Below, piece after piece: positions 32,965 to 42,510 of a stretch of DNA of 64,000 nt. This DNA is from an uncultured Planctomycetota bacterium (GTDB taxonomy: Bacteria; Planctomycetota; Planctomycetia; Isosphaerales; Isosphaeraceae): positions 96,001-160,000 of the forward strand of contig CAWJTV010000039.1 in assembly GCA_963845755.1 (NCBI GenBank), in the 5' to 3' direction. The notes beneath the pieces are model-generated. The model was not told the DNA's origin, ran no database searches, and saw only the letters and a program-made list of their open reading frames with translations. A program made the position numbers and the translations under genes. Positions within the stretch are counted from its first letter, which is position 1, and every line of letters begins with the position of its first letter.

Positions 32965-33450
32965 ATGATAAGTGAACTCAGAGAAGTGACTGGATTTCGG
33001 GGAGAGAAAATTCTTGAACTATCTCTGACCGATTATCAGGCTTTTCCAAAGCCGCTCTTCAAACCGGGATTTCTCGGAGATAAATGGCCCGCGATTGATT
33101 ATTACGTCGAACTGACATCCGTGCGAGGGAAGCGGCTCTACTTCTTCGCCCAGGCCAAAGCGACGCGAACGTCCTTGGTTCCATCGCAGACTGATCTGAC
33201 TATCTCAACCAAGAAGAAAGACATCGAACGACTCCTTCAGATTCCAGGCCCTACTTATATCTTTGGGATCCACGAACCATCGAAACGAGTCTTTGTGCGT
33301 TCGGTACATGCAGGCGTCCCGGTAAAAGCTATTACTCGCATACCTTTTATTTATGAACTTACTAGCAATAACCTGCGTATTTTGTACGACGAAGTCCGCG
33401 GTTATTGGGCGAACAACAGCCATAAACCTGAGTCGTCGAATTTCGCATGA
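32965..33450 (+). CDS. DUF4365-like PD-(D/E)XK nuclease-fold protein
   Basis: GEKI...AIDYYVEL...FFAQAKAT; visibly lower GC. Confidence 0.65.
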   Translation: MISELREVTGFRGEKILELSLTDYQAFPKPLFKPGFLGDKWPAIDYYVELTSVRGKRLYFFAQAKATRTSLVPSQTDLTISTKKKDIERLLQIPGPTYIFGIHEPSKRVFVRSVHAGVPVKAITRIPFIYELTSNNLRILYDEVRGYWANNSHKPESSNFA

Positions 33451-33869
33451 ATCAGACCCGCTCCAAGAACGAGATCGTCGGTCGCAGGGCCGAACTACTC
33501 GCTGAGCTCTTTCTTCAAGAGCTTGAACCCGAGTTCGTCGCCAGGCCATCGGCCGATTTCGAGTACGACTTCCTGGTGGGATTCCGAAATCCCAGAGGCG
33601 GTATCAACAATATCGCGATCGAGGTCAAGTCGACCGAGCAACTAGCCAGGAAACAATACTCGGTTTCGAGGCGAAAATATGTTCGATGGGCATATTCGAA
33701 CATACCAATTTTACTATTGATTGTAGATGTTAAGGAAAATCGGTTCTATTATGCCTGGGCCTCACCGGAGGTCTCAAGCAATACGGGCGATTCCGAGACC
33801 CTTCGAGTCGAACTGACGGAGATCACGGACTCAACGAAGGCGGACCTCCTGAAGAAACTTCGAAGCTGA
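33447..33869 (+). CDS. DUF4365-like PD-(D/E)XK nuclease-fold protein
   Basis: AELLAE...YDFLV...IAIEVKST; ATGA overlap with previous gene. Confidence 0.7.
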   Translation: MNQTRSKNEIVGRRAELLAELFLQELEPEFVARPSADFEYDFLVGFRNPRGGINNIAIEVKSTEQLARKQYSVSRRKYVRWAYSNIPILLLIVDVKENRFYYAWASPEVSSNTGDSETLRVELTEITDSTKADLLKKLRS

Positions 33870-34028
33870 AGGTTTGTTGCACCTCACTGTCGTTGAGCCG
33901 ACCGTCGCCGGTCCGAGGTCTTGCGTCCGCTCGACGCCACGGTTACGCTCCGCCGTCGGCCGATCTCGATCGAGCGCGGTCACGATGCGTTGCGCCACTC
34001 CTCCCGCCACCTGAGGCGCACTCCGCGC

Positions 34029-35480
34029 TCACCGCCCCGCACCGCCCGGCCCGACGGGGACCGGTGGCGGCATTCCCCCGCGTTCGGCCAGTTTCCTCGA
34101 CAGCAGCAAGAACACTCGCCGGCCCACCGCCTCGGCCCAGACGACGCAGCCCTGTGGCGAGAAATGGCCGTCGCCGATCTTCCCCATGAACAGCGGGTCG
34201 CCGGACGGCGGCTCTCCGCGCCGGAGTCCCTCGACCTCGATCGCCAGCAGGGCATTGGCGAACTCATTCATCGGATCGAGATAAAGGAACGCCGCGGTTT
34301 CCAGGATGTTGGAGACGCGGCCCGGGTAATAGCCGGCCATCTGGGGGCCGCTCAACTGGTTGACCCAGGGCGCCGGGACGAACAAGCAGGTGAGCCCGCG
34401 CGGAGCAGAAATCGCGGATCCGGCCCAGCCAGTATTTGCCCTCGTCCCAGTCGCCGCCCCGGCCTTCGAGGACGTCGTTGACCTCGCCGGCAAAATCGTT
34501 GGCGAAGATGCTGACCACGACGAACTGCGGCGGGAATCGCCCGGCATACTCGACGAGCGAAAAATAGTACTGCTCGACGGAATAACCGAGGTGTCCCGTA
34601 TTGAGCAGCTCGACGGGGGCGCCGAGGCGTTTGCTGAGGTCGCGTTTCAGGCATTCGACCGGCGTCTGGTCATCGCCGACGAACAGGCCCTGCATGTAAG
34701 AGTCGCCCAGGACGATGCCGCGAAACGGGGCGTTGGTGTCGGGCTCCGGCCCGCGCAGGCCCCACGAGTTGGTGAGTTGGGACGAGCCCTCGACGATCGT
34801 CGCACCGGTCCCCTTGACGATCGCGGCGGCTTCGGGGGTATCGGGGATCTGGAAATAGGCCTTCACATTCCCGCGCCGGGAAGTTCCGGACCCAGATCGA
34901 GCGGACCCGCGGCCGGAATCGATACGAGCGGCCGGAGTCATCGGCTTCGAAGACCGTCGCGGGCAGCATCACGGTCCGATCGAAGTTCCCCCAGCGGAGC
35001 AGGACGTGGTCGGGGTCCATCCCGGCGAATCGGAGGAGCCGCTGCCGGGCCTCGTTGTACTCGGCGAAGGTCAACGCGAGCTTGGAGCGGGCGCTGGCCA
35101 TGTCGAATTCCCGCTTCCGCCGCCAGTCGGCGTCGATCTCGGCGCGATCCGGCTGGAGCCCGACGGTGCTCATGGCCAGCCATCGCCCGCGCACGGTCAA
35201 CCATTCGGCCAGGTATCGGCCCGCCGGGAGGACCGACAGCAGGATGGCGACCGTGCCGAGCGTCAGCGCGGCCGTCGCGATCTTGAAGATCCGCTGGAGG
35301 CGCCGACTCCGCTCCACGAACGCGAAGACGCGCTGCCGGGCCGGCCGCGGCCGGACGAGCTGCCGGAAGGCCCGTTCCCAGCCCGAGCGCCGGCGCACCG
35401 TCGGAGTCGTCAACCACAATGGGAGTGTGTCGCTGCCCTTGCTCACCGGGATCGATCCCCCTTTCTCGCCCACGACTCAT
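34029..35480 (-). CDS. SGNH/GDSL hydrolase-like protein (paralog 3, frameshifted)
   Basis: TNSWGLRG, LGDSYMQG, NTGHLGYS, ANDF, DGHFS. Confidence 0.85.
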
Positions 35481-36813
35481 GGCCCTTGATCGGCTTCGGC
35501 TTCCGCCGCGAGGTCCGGTCTTTTTTCAGCAGGAGCACCAGGCGACGTCCCACCGCGCTGGCCCAGACCTGTGAGCCCAGCGCCGAGAAGTGGCCATCGC
35601 CGATCTGGCTATTGAACAGCGACCGCGCCGGTGCGGCGTCGCCATCCTGCTCGCGTTCGACGGCCAGCTCCAGGTGTGCGTTGATGAAGTCCTCGGCCGG
35701 GTTGAGGAACATCAGGCTACTGACCTCGAGGATATTGGTGAGGGTCCCCGGGTAGTAGCCGGCCTTGCGTTGACTGAAGAGGTTCGGGGCATACGGGACC
35801 GGCACGATCAGGTGCGGCCATTGCCGCGACCGGCAGAGTTGCGTGATCCGATCTAGCCAGTATTTCCCTTCCTCCCAGTCGCCCTGGCCCTTGGTGGGCA
35901 CCTCGACGTCCTCGCCGAAGTCATTGGTGAAGACGCTCACGACCACGGCATGGGGGCGGAAGCGATCGGCGAAGGCCCGCAAGGAATAGTAATACTGTTC
36001 GGGCGAATGACCCAGCACCCCGGTATTCAGCACCGAGACCTTGGTCCGGAGGTGCTCCTCGAGATAGCGACGCAGGCACTCGGGGGGCGTCTCGTCATCG
36101 CCGATGAACAGGCCCTGCATGAAGGAATCGCCCAGGACGATCACCCGGAGTGGGGCTCGCTGATCGGGTTCGGGCCCGCGCAGGCCCCACGAGTTGGTGG
36201 TCTGCCGCGAGGATTCCACCGGGATCGCGGGCGTCCCACGAAGGGCTTCGGCCAGTCTGGGCCCATCAGGGACCAGGAAGAACATGGGAATGCTGCTCTT
36301 GGGTGAGACGTTCCGCAGCCAGATCGAATGCAAGTTCGGCCGGAGCCGGTAAGAACGGCCCGTCTCGTCGGCTTCGATGACCTTCGAGGGCAGCAGCAGC
36401 GTCCGGTTGTAATTCCCCCAGCGCAGCAGGCCGCACTCGGGGTCGAGCCCGGCATATCGCATCAGGCACTGGGTCTCGGGGCTCGCTTCGTCGAAGATGT
36501 CGTCGAGCCGCGCGCTCGCGTCGGCGATCCCCTGGCGGCGGTACCGCCGCCAGGAGTCGTCGATTTCCTCGCGGGGCGTGGGGAGGCCGACCGCATATCG
36601 CCCCGCCCGCCGCGCCCGCGACGACAGCGCGGCCCGGAGATAACGGCCCCGCGGCATGGCACCCAGCACGGCGACGACCAGGCAGGTCGCTATCAGGATC
36701 AGTCCCTTGAACCAACGTTCGTGACGGCGGGACCGCCGGACGAATTCGAAAACCTGTTGGCGCCCGGGACGCGCCGATCGAGTGCGAGTACGAATCTCAT
36801 GGATACCTCTCAT
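35443..36813 (-). CDS. SGNH/GDSL hydrolase-like protein (paralog 2)
   Basis: TNSWGLRG, LGDSFMQG, NTGVLG, TNDF, DGHFS; start uncertain. Confidence 0.88.
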   Translation of the reverse strand: MRGIHEIRTRTRSARPGRQQVFEFVRRSRRHERWFKGLILIATCLVVAVLGAMPRGRYLRAALSSRARRAGRYAVGLPTPREEIDDSWRRYRRQGIADASARLDDIFDEASPETQCLMRYAGLDPECGLLRWGNYNRTLLLPSKVIEADETGRSYRLRPNLHSIWLRNVSPKSSIPMFFLVPDGPRLAEALRGTPAIPVESSRQTTNSWGLRGPEPDQRAPLRVIVLGDSFMQGLFIGDDETPPECLRRYLEEHLRTKVSVLNTGVLGHSPEQYYYSLRAFADRFRPHAVVVSVFTNDFGEDVEVPTKGQGDWEEGKYWLDRITQLCRSRQWPHLIVPVPYAPNLFSQRKAGYYPGTLTNILEVSSLMFLNPAEDFINAHLELAVEREQDGDAAPARSLFNSQIGDGHFSALGSQVWASAVGRRLVLLLKKDRTSRRKPKPIKGHESWARKGDRSR

Positions 36814-37016
36814 CTGGAGGCAGTCGAGGTTTTCTCCGTAGGATCCCCGCCGTGCGCGCATCCGAGGAAAACTCCGATTCAAGATTCAAACGGAGGAAAA
36901 ATCGTTGAGTTCAGCGGGTTCCACGTTACCACGAGGGAGCGTGGTAACGAGATCACCCGACGTCGTTGCGACAGTCTCGATCATTCCGGTTTTTCGCATC
37001 TCGCATCTCGCGTCTT

Positions 37017-37180
37017 GAATCTCGAATCTCGAATCTCGAATCTCGAATCTCGAATCTCGAATCTCGAATCTCGAATCTCGAATCTCGAATCCCGAATCCC
37101 GAATCCCGAATCCCGAATCCCGAATCCCGAATCCCGAATCCCGAATCCCGAATCTCGAATCTCGAATCTCGAATCTCGAA
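37017..37180. repeat. Tandem heptamer array (GAATCTC/GAATCCC), about 23 units
   Basis: Directly visible; blocks of GAATCTC, then GAATCCC, then GAATCTC. Confidence 0.95.
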
Positions 37181-37217
37181 TTCCCCCTGGGTTCCAGCCG
37201 AAGGCCCCATCCGGAAC

Positions 37218-38543
37218 TCAAGGACTGGAGGCCTTCACCCGCTCGCGCGCCAGCCGGTCCTTCTCCAGCAGGAGGACGAGCCGGCGGCCGACGGCGGCGG
37301 CCCAGGTCTCCGCGCCGATCGCCGAGAAGTGGCCATCGCCGATCTGGACGTTGAACAGGGGGCAGCCCATGGGCCGTTGTCCCTTTCGCTCGCCCTCGAC
37401 CACCAGGGCCAGGTAGGCATTGATGAAGTCGTCGGTCGGGTCGACGAACAGCGTGCTGTTGACTTCCAGGATATTGGAAAGGGTCCCCGGGTAATAGCCG
37501 GCTCTGCGGTTGCCGAGCATGTGCGGTTCGAACGGGACCGGGACGACCAGGTGCGGCCATTCCCGCGACCGGCAGAACGCCGCGATCTGGTCCAGCCAGT
37601 ACTTCCCTTCCGCCCAGTCGCCGCGGCCCTTGGTCGCGACTTCGAAAATATCCCCGAAGTCGTTCGTGAAGACGCTCACGACCACGAAGTGGGGCCGGAA
37701 CCGGTCCACGAACGCCAGCAGAGAATGATAGTATTGCTCGGGGGAATAACCCAGGACGCCGGTATTCAGGATCGAGACCTTCGTCTTCAGATGCATCTGG
37801 AGATAGCGTCTGAGGCATTCCGGGGGCGTCTCGTCGTCGCCGATGAACATCCCCTCCATGTAGGAGTCGCCCAGGACGATGCCGCGCAGGGGTGCTTCGG
37901 GTTCGGGCTCGGGCCCGCGCAGGCCCCACGAGTTCGTCGATTGCCGCGAGGTCTCCACCGGGATCGCCCGGGTGCCCGGGATGGCCTCGGCCAGCCGCGG
38001 CCCGTCGGGGACCAGGAAGAACATCAGGATGCCGCTCTTCAGGGTCACGTTCCGGAGCCAGATCGAGCGCGTGTTCGGCCGGAGCCGGTACGAGCGGCCC
38101 GAGTCGTCGGCCTCGAAGATCGTCGAGGGCAGCAGGAGGGTGGCGTCATAGTTACCCCAGCGCAGCAGGCCGGCTTCGGGATCGAGTCCCGCGTAGCGCA
38201 TCAAACGCTGCATGGCGGGCTCGGCCTCCGCAAAGATGCCCGTGAGGCCCTTGCGCGCATCGGCAATCCCCTGGAGTCGATCCCGCCGCCATCGGTCGTC
38301 GATCTCGGAGCGGGGCGTCGGCAGGCCGATCGCGGATCGCGCCGCGGTTCGGACCCGACCCGCCGTCGAGGCCACGAGATAACGGCCCCGCGGCGACCGG
38401 CCCAGGATCAGCAGGACCGTCAAGCCAGTCGTGACCAGGATCAGGCCCTTGAACCACCGCTGACGCCGTCGCGCGCGACTGACGAAGTCGAAGACACGCT
38501 GTCGCGGCAGCGGGGCGCGTTTCCATCGGACAAAAGTTCGCAT
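37218..38543 (-). CDS. SGNH/GDSL hydrolase-like protein (paralog 1)
   Basis: TNSWGLRG, LGDSYMEG, NTGVLGYS, TNDF, DGHFS. Confidence 0.88.
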   Translation of the reverse strand: MRTFVRWKRAPLPRQRVFDFVSRARRRQRWFKGLILVTTGLTVLLILGRSPRGRYLVASTAGRVRTAARSAIGLPTPRSEIDDRWRRDRLQGIADARKGLTGIFAEAEPAMQRLMRYAGLDPEAGLLRWGNYDATLLLPSTIFEADDSGRSYRLRPNTRSIWLRNVTLKSGILMFFLVPDGPRLAEAIPGTRAIPVETSRQSTNSWGLRGPEPEPEAPLRGIVLGDSYMEGMFIGDDETPPECLRRYLQMHLKTKVSILNTGVLGYSPEQYYHSLLAFVDRFRPHFVVVSVFTNDFGDIFEVATKGRGDWAEGKYWLDQIAAFCRSREWPHLVVPVPFEPHMLGNRRAGYYPGTLSNILEVNSTLFVDPTDDFINAYLALVVEGERKGQRPMGCPLFNVQIGDGHFSAIGAETWAAAVGRRLVLLLEKDRLARERVKASSP

Positions 38544-39390
38544 GAAGGCATCGGCTGCTGAGGATTCGTTCGAGGCGTACCGCCACCTGCGGCGATCGCC
38601 ATGCCCTCCGGTGGGTGCGTCATTCGGCGCGGCGCGATCGATCGCGTGATTCGGGATCACCGTCGGGATCGGGGCGTCGCCACCAGGCTGGGCCCATCCA
38701 TCCTACGCCCTTTCCGGCCAGCTTTCGACCCGAGACCCTCGGCGCGGCGAAGACCACAACTCGGGGATGCCCGGCGGGATGCGAAGACTCCCGCTTCCGG
38801 GCGGTTCCCGCAGGACGCGAGAAGTCGCGTCGTCACTCCACACCCTGAGCCGAGCAACCAATCGTTCGACGCGATGGCCCACGCCCGGCCGGGCGGAGAG
38901 GCACGGAGGAAACGGACGTCGGCTTCGCGTGAATCCTTGATGCGAACCCAGGGACAGCCGGCCGGGTTGACTCGGCCCGCGCTTTACCATCCAAATCGGT
39001 CGAAAATCCGATGAATCCTAACTAGACTCAATCGAGTGACGATGGACTGTTGTAATGCAAAAAAGGAGGCGAACTGCCTTTAGTTTGACAAGGGTCAGGG
39101 GTCAGGACGACCTTTCATCAATTCTCTAGGGACGGGCTCAGGTCGTAATTAAACTTCACCAAGAGAGCATATCAATGGATTGCGAAGAGATCTGCTTGAT
39201 AACCGTCGGCGACGGTGATAGGCTCCCGGGAAGCGAGTCGGGACGTGTCCTGTAGAGGCACGGACCTTCCATCCGTGATGGATGGGTTCGCGTTGGCTGG
39301 ATTGTAGGCACGGGAACGTGCGACGAAATCAATCCTGAACTCCCGGATCGCTGTGCGGATCCAACCCATCCTACGGGAGAGCATGAAACC

Positions 39391-40296
39391 ATGCCGGGAT
39401 CCCCCATGGTGAGCATTGTCATCGTCAACTGGAATCGCCTCGAGGATGTGCTGAAGACGCTTCATTATCTGGATTGCCAGCGCGGGGTGTGTTACGAGGT
39501 CATCGTGGTGGATAACGGTTCGACGGACGAGTCCACCGAGCGGTTATCGCACATCCCTTCGATCCGGTTCGTGCCCCTGGACTCGAACGAGGGCCCGGCC
39601 AAGGCGAGGAATGTCGGGCTCGAGTACGCGTCGGGAAAATACATCCTGTTCCTCGACAGCGACGCGGTGATCTCGAAGGTGGGGCTGGCCAGGCTGGTGG
39701 CACGCCTGGAGCGCGATCCGACGATCGGCATCGCGGGCTGCCGGATCATCAACAGCTACACGCGCAAGCTGGACCAGTGGTTGTACCAGCACCCGGCCGC
39801 GACCCACCAGCGGACCGAGTTCGAGACCTACGCGTTCTCGGCCGCGGGCGCCGTCATCCGCGCCGACGCGATCCGGGCCGCCGGCTCCTTCTGGGACGAC
39901 CTGTTCATCTACAACGAGGAGATCGACCTCTCGATCCGCGTCCTCCGGTCCGGCTATCGGATCATCTACTACCCCGGGGCGCGCGTCTTCCACGCCAACT
40001 CGGACCGCGGCCGCGAAGGCCCCGCCCTCTACTGGTACCAGCAGATCCGCAACTGGATCTGGATCTATTACCGCTATTATGATTCCTTGTCTTGTTTCAA
40101 GAAAATCTCGATGTATATCGTCGCTTACGTGATAAAATGTATCTATAACGGCCATCTCCGGGCGTGCCTCTCGGGGATCCGGGACGGCCTGGCGCGGACG
40201 GGGATCCGCCGGGAGTATCCGGACAAGCTCACGGGCGACGAGATGCGTCGCATCGAGGCGCTGGGGCGTCGGCGATTCCGGCTCGGTCGAGGCTGA
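39391..40296 (+). CDS. Glycosyltransferase family 2
   Basis: VSIVIVNWN, VVDNGSTD, ARNVG, FLDSD, EEIDL. Confidence 0.92.
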   Translation: MPGSPMVSIVIVNWNRLEDVLKTLHYLDCQRGVCYEVIVVDNGSTDESTERLSHIPSIRFVPLDSNEGPAKARNVGLEYASGKYILFLDSDAVISKVGLARLVARLERDPTIGIAGCRIINSYTRKLDQWLYQHPAATHQRTEFETYAFSAAGAVIRADAIRAAGSFWDDLFIYNEEIDLSIRVLRSGYRIIYYPGARVFHANSDRGREGPALYWYQQIRNWIWIYYRYYDSLSCFKKISMYIVAYVIKCIYNGHLRACLSGIRDGLARTGIRREYPDKLTGDEMRRIEALGRRRFRLGRG

Positions 40297-40376
40297 GGCG
40301 GGGCCCGGTGGGGTGGCCGCCACCGGGCCGGCGCCGCTATGATGGGCGGTAACCGAACCACCGACCCAACCCCGGC

Positions 40377-41918
40377 GTGAGGTGCTCCAGCCCGATGTTC
40401 GACGACCTGTTCGGCCGATTGCGGATCGGCGCGCTCAATCGCGGCGTGTCGCTCGACGATGCGCAGGGGCCGGGCCTTCCCGGCGGGCCGGTGATCGAGT
40501 CGACCAACCCGGCGACCGGCCGGCCGCTCTCCCCGGTGCAAGCCGCCTCGGTCGAGCAATACGACCGCATGGTGGACCGAGCATCTGAGCGGTTCCGGAC
40601 CTGGCGGTTGATCCCGCCGCCACGGCGGGGCGAGGTGGTCCGCCAGATCGGCTCGGCCCTCCGCGCCCACAAGGCCGATCTCGGCCTGCTAGTGACCCTC
40701 GAGACCGGCAAGATTCGCACCGAGGGCGAGGGCGAGGTCCAGGAAATGATCGACATGTGCGACTTCGCCGTCGGTCTCTCGCGTCAGCTCTACGGCCTGA
40801 CCATCGCCAGCGAACGCGCCGCGCATCGGATGATCGAGCAATGGCACCCGCTCGGCCCGGTGGGGATCATCACCGCGTTCAACTTCCCGGTCGCGGTCTG
40901 GGCGTGGAACGCCATGATCGCGGCGGTTTGCGGCGACACAATGATCTGGAAGCCATCGCCCCGGACGCCCCTGACGGCCGTCGCGGTCCAGCGGATCGTC
41001 AACGACGTCGCCCGCGAAAACGGCTGCGACGGCGTGTTCCAGCTCTGCGTCGGAGGGGCCGACGACATCGGCGAGCGGATGCTCCAGGATCCCCGCTTGC
41101 CCTTGATCTCGGCGACCGGCAGTTGCCGGCTGGGCCGGCGCGTGGCTGAAGTGGTGGGCCGCCGCCTCGGCCGGACGATCCTCGAGCTGGGCGGCAACAA
41201 TGCGATCCTCATCGCGCCCTCGGCCGACCTGGAGCTGGCGATCCGGGCCACGGTCTTCGCCGCGGTCGGCACCGCCGGCCAGCGATGCACGACCGCCCGC
41301 CGGCTCCTGGTCCACGAATCGATCCACGACCGAGTCCTCGACCGCCTGGTGGCGATCTACCGGCGCATCCGCATCGGCGACCCGTGGGACGACTCGGTCC
41401 TGATGGGGCCGCTGATCAGCGAAGGCGCCGTGGAGTCGATGACGGCGGCGCTCGAGGCCGCGCGACAGCAAGGTGGTGAGGTCGTTCAGGGTGGGAATCG
41501 CATCGACCGGCCGGGCTACTTCGTCGAGCCGGCGCTGGTCAAGGCTCGAGCGGCGATGCCGATCGTCGGCGAGGAAACGTTCGCTCCGATCCTCTACGTC
41601 ATGAGCTATCGCACGATCGACGAGGCCATCGCCATGCAGAACGCGGTCGAGCAGGGCCTGACGTCGGCGATCTTCACCAACGACCTCCGCGAGGCCGAAC
41701 AGTTCCTCTCGCCGGAGGGTTCCGACTGCGGGATCGCCAACGTCAACATCGGCACCTCGGGCGCCGAGATCGGCGGCGCCTTCGGCGGCGAGAAGGCCAC
41801 AGGCGGCGGCCGCGAGGCCGGGTCGGACGCCTGGAAGGCGTACATGCGCCGCCAGACCTGCACGATCAACTACGGCCGCGACCTGCCGCTGGCCCAGGCC
41901 GTGCGGTTCGAGGTTTAA
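40377..41918 (+). CDS. Aldehyde dehydrogenase (ALDH7 / piperideine-6-carboxylate dehydrogenase-like); start uncertain
   Basis: ITAFNFPVAV, LELGGNN, GTAGQRCT, ETFAP, GAEIGGAFGGEK. Confidence 0.92.
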   Translation: MRCSSPMFDDLFGRLRIGALNRGVSLDDAQGPGLPGGPVIESTNPATGRPLSPVQAASVEQYDRMVDRASERFRTWRLIPPPRRGEVVRQIGSALRAHKADLGLLVTLETGKIRTEGEGEVQEMIDMCDFAVGLSRQLYGLTIASERAAHRMIEQWHPLGPVGIITAFNFPVAVWAWNAMIAAVCGDTMIWKPSPRTPLTAVAVQRIVNDVARENGCDGVFQLCVGGADDIGERMLQDPRLPLISATGSCRLGRRVAEVVGRRLGRTILELGGNNAILIAPSADLELAIRATVFAAVGTAGQRCTTARRLLVHESIHDRVLDRLVAIYRRIRIGDPWDDSVLMGPLISEGAVESMTAALEAARQQGGEVVQGGNRIDRPGYFVEPALVKARAAMPIVGEETFAPILYVMSYRTIDEAIAMQNAVEQGLTSAIFTNDLREAEQFLSPEGSDCGIANVNIGTSGAEIGGAFGGEKATGGGREAGSDAWKAYMRRQTCTINYGRDLPLAQAVRFEV

Positions 41919-42165
41919 AGTCGATCCAACCGGTTGGGGGAGCGCGAAACCGAAGTCCGAAGCCGGCTGTGACGGCGCTGCCTCCAGATTCACCGTGGTT
42001 TCGAAGAGCATCGCCGCCCTGGGCTGAAGACCTGATACGGCCCGAAGCGCTCCTCGGCCGACCTTCGGAACCAACCCGGTCGCTGGAATCTCATCGACGT
42101 AATCGAACGTTACGTTTCCGGCTATATTGGCCGTGGGAACCGATCCCCTTTTCCAAGGGCAAGCC

Positions 42166-42510
42166 ATGACGACCGCAACGCAGCTCACGACCACCCTCCC
42201 ATCTGCCCAGGAGTGGAAAGACCTGCTCGAGGACCTCCTTCCGCCCCAGGGTGCGTGGAGCGAGAACAAGTATCGCGTTCTGACCGACCACCGCAACCGG
42301 CTGGTCGAGTTCACCGAGGCCGCCGGGACGACTGATCTCGAGAAGTGGCAGGGAACCTGGGTCGAGACTGCCTGCGAATGGAAAGAGGAGGGCGTGTTTC
42401 TTAACGATCAACGCCCGAGATGGACCAGGACCTTCGAAGGAAATCGGTCCTTCGTGAGACCGGATGCCCCGACCGGCGGCATCAAGGACCGACACCAGTT
42501 CGCCCTCTGA
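42166..42510 (+). pseudogene. Chimeric remnant: Uma2-family N-terminus fused to a TIGR03067-like fragment
   Basis: LLPPQGAWSENKY...NRLVEFT then DLEKWQGTW...TFEGN; 3' end overlaps the opposite-strand gene. Confidence 0.5.

Noticed and set aside
36886..37210. ORFs with EIRDSRF / SRISNLE repeats; possible CRISPR array
   Set aside because: These are translations of a stop-free heptamer tandem array; there are no unique spacers.
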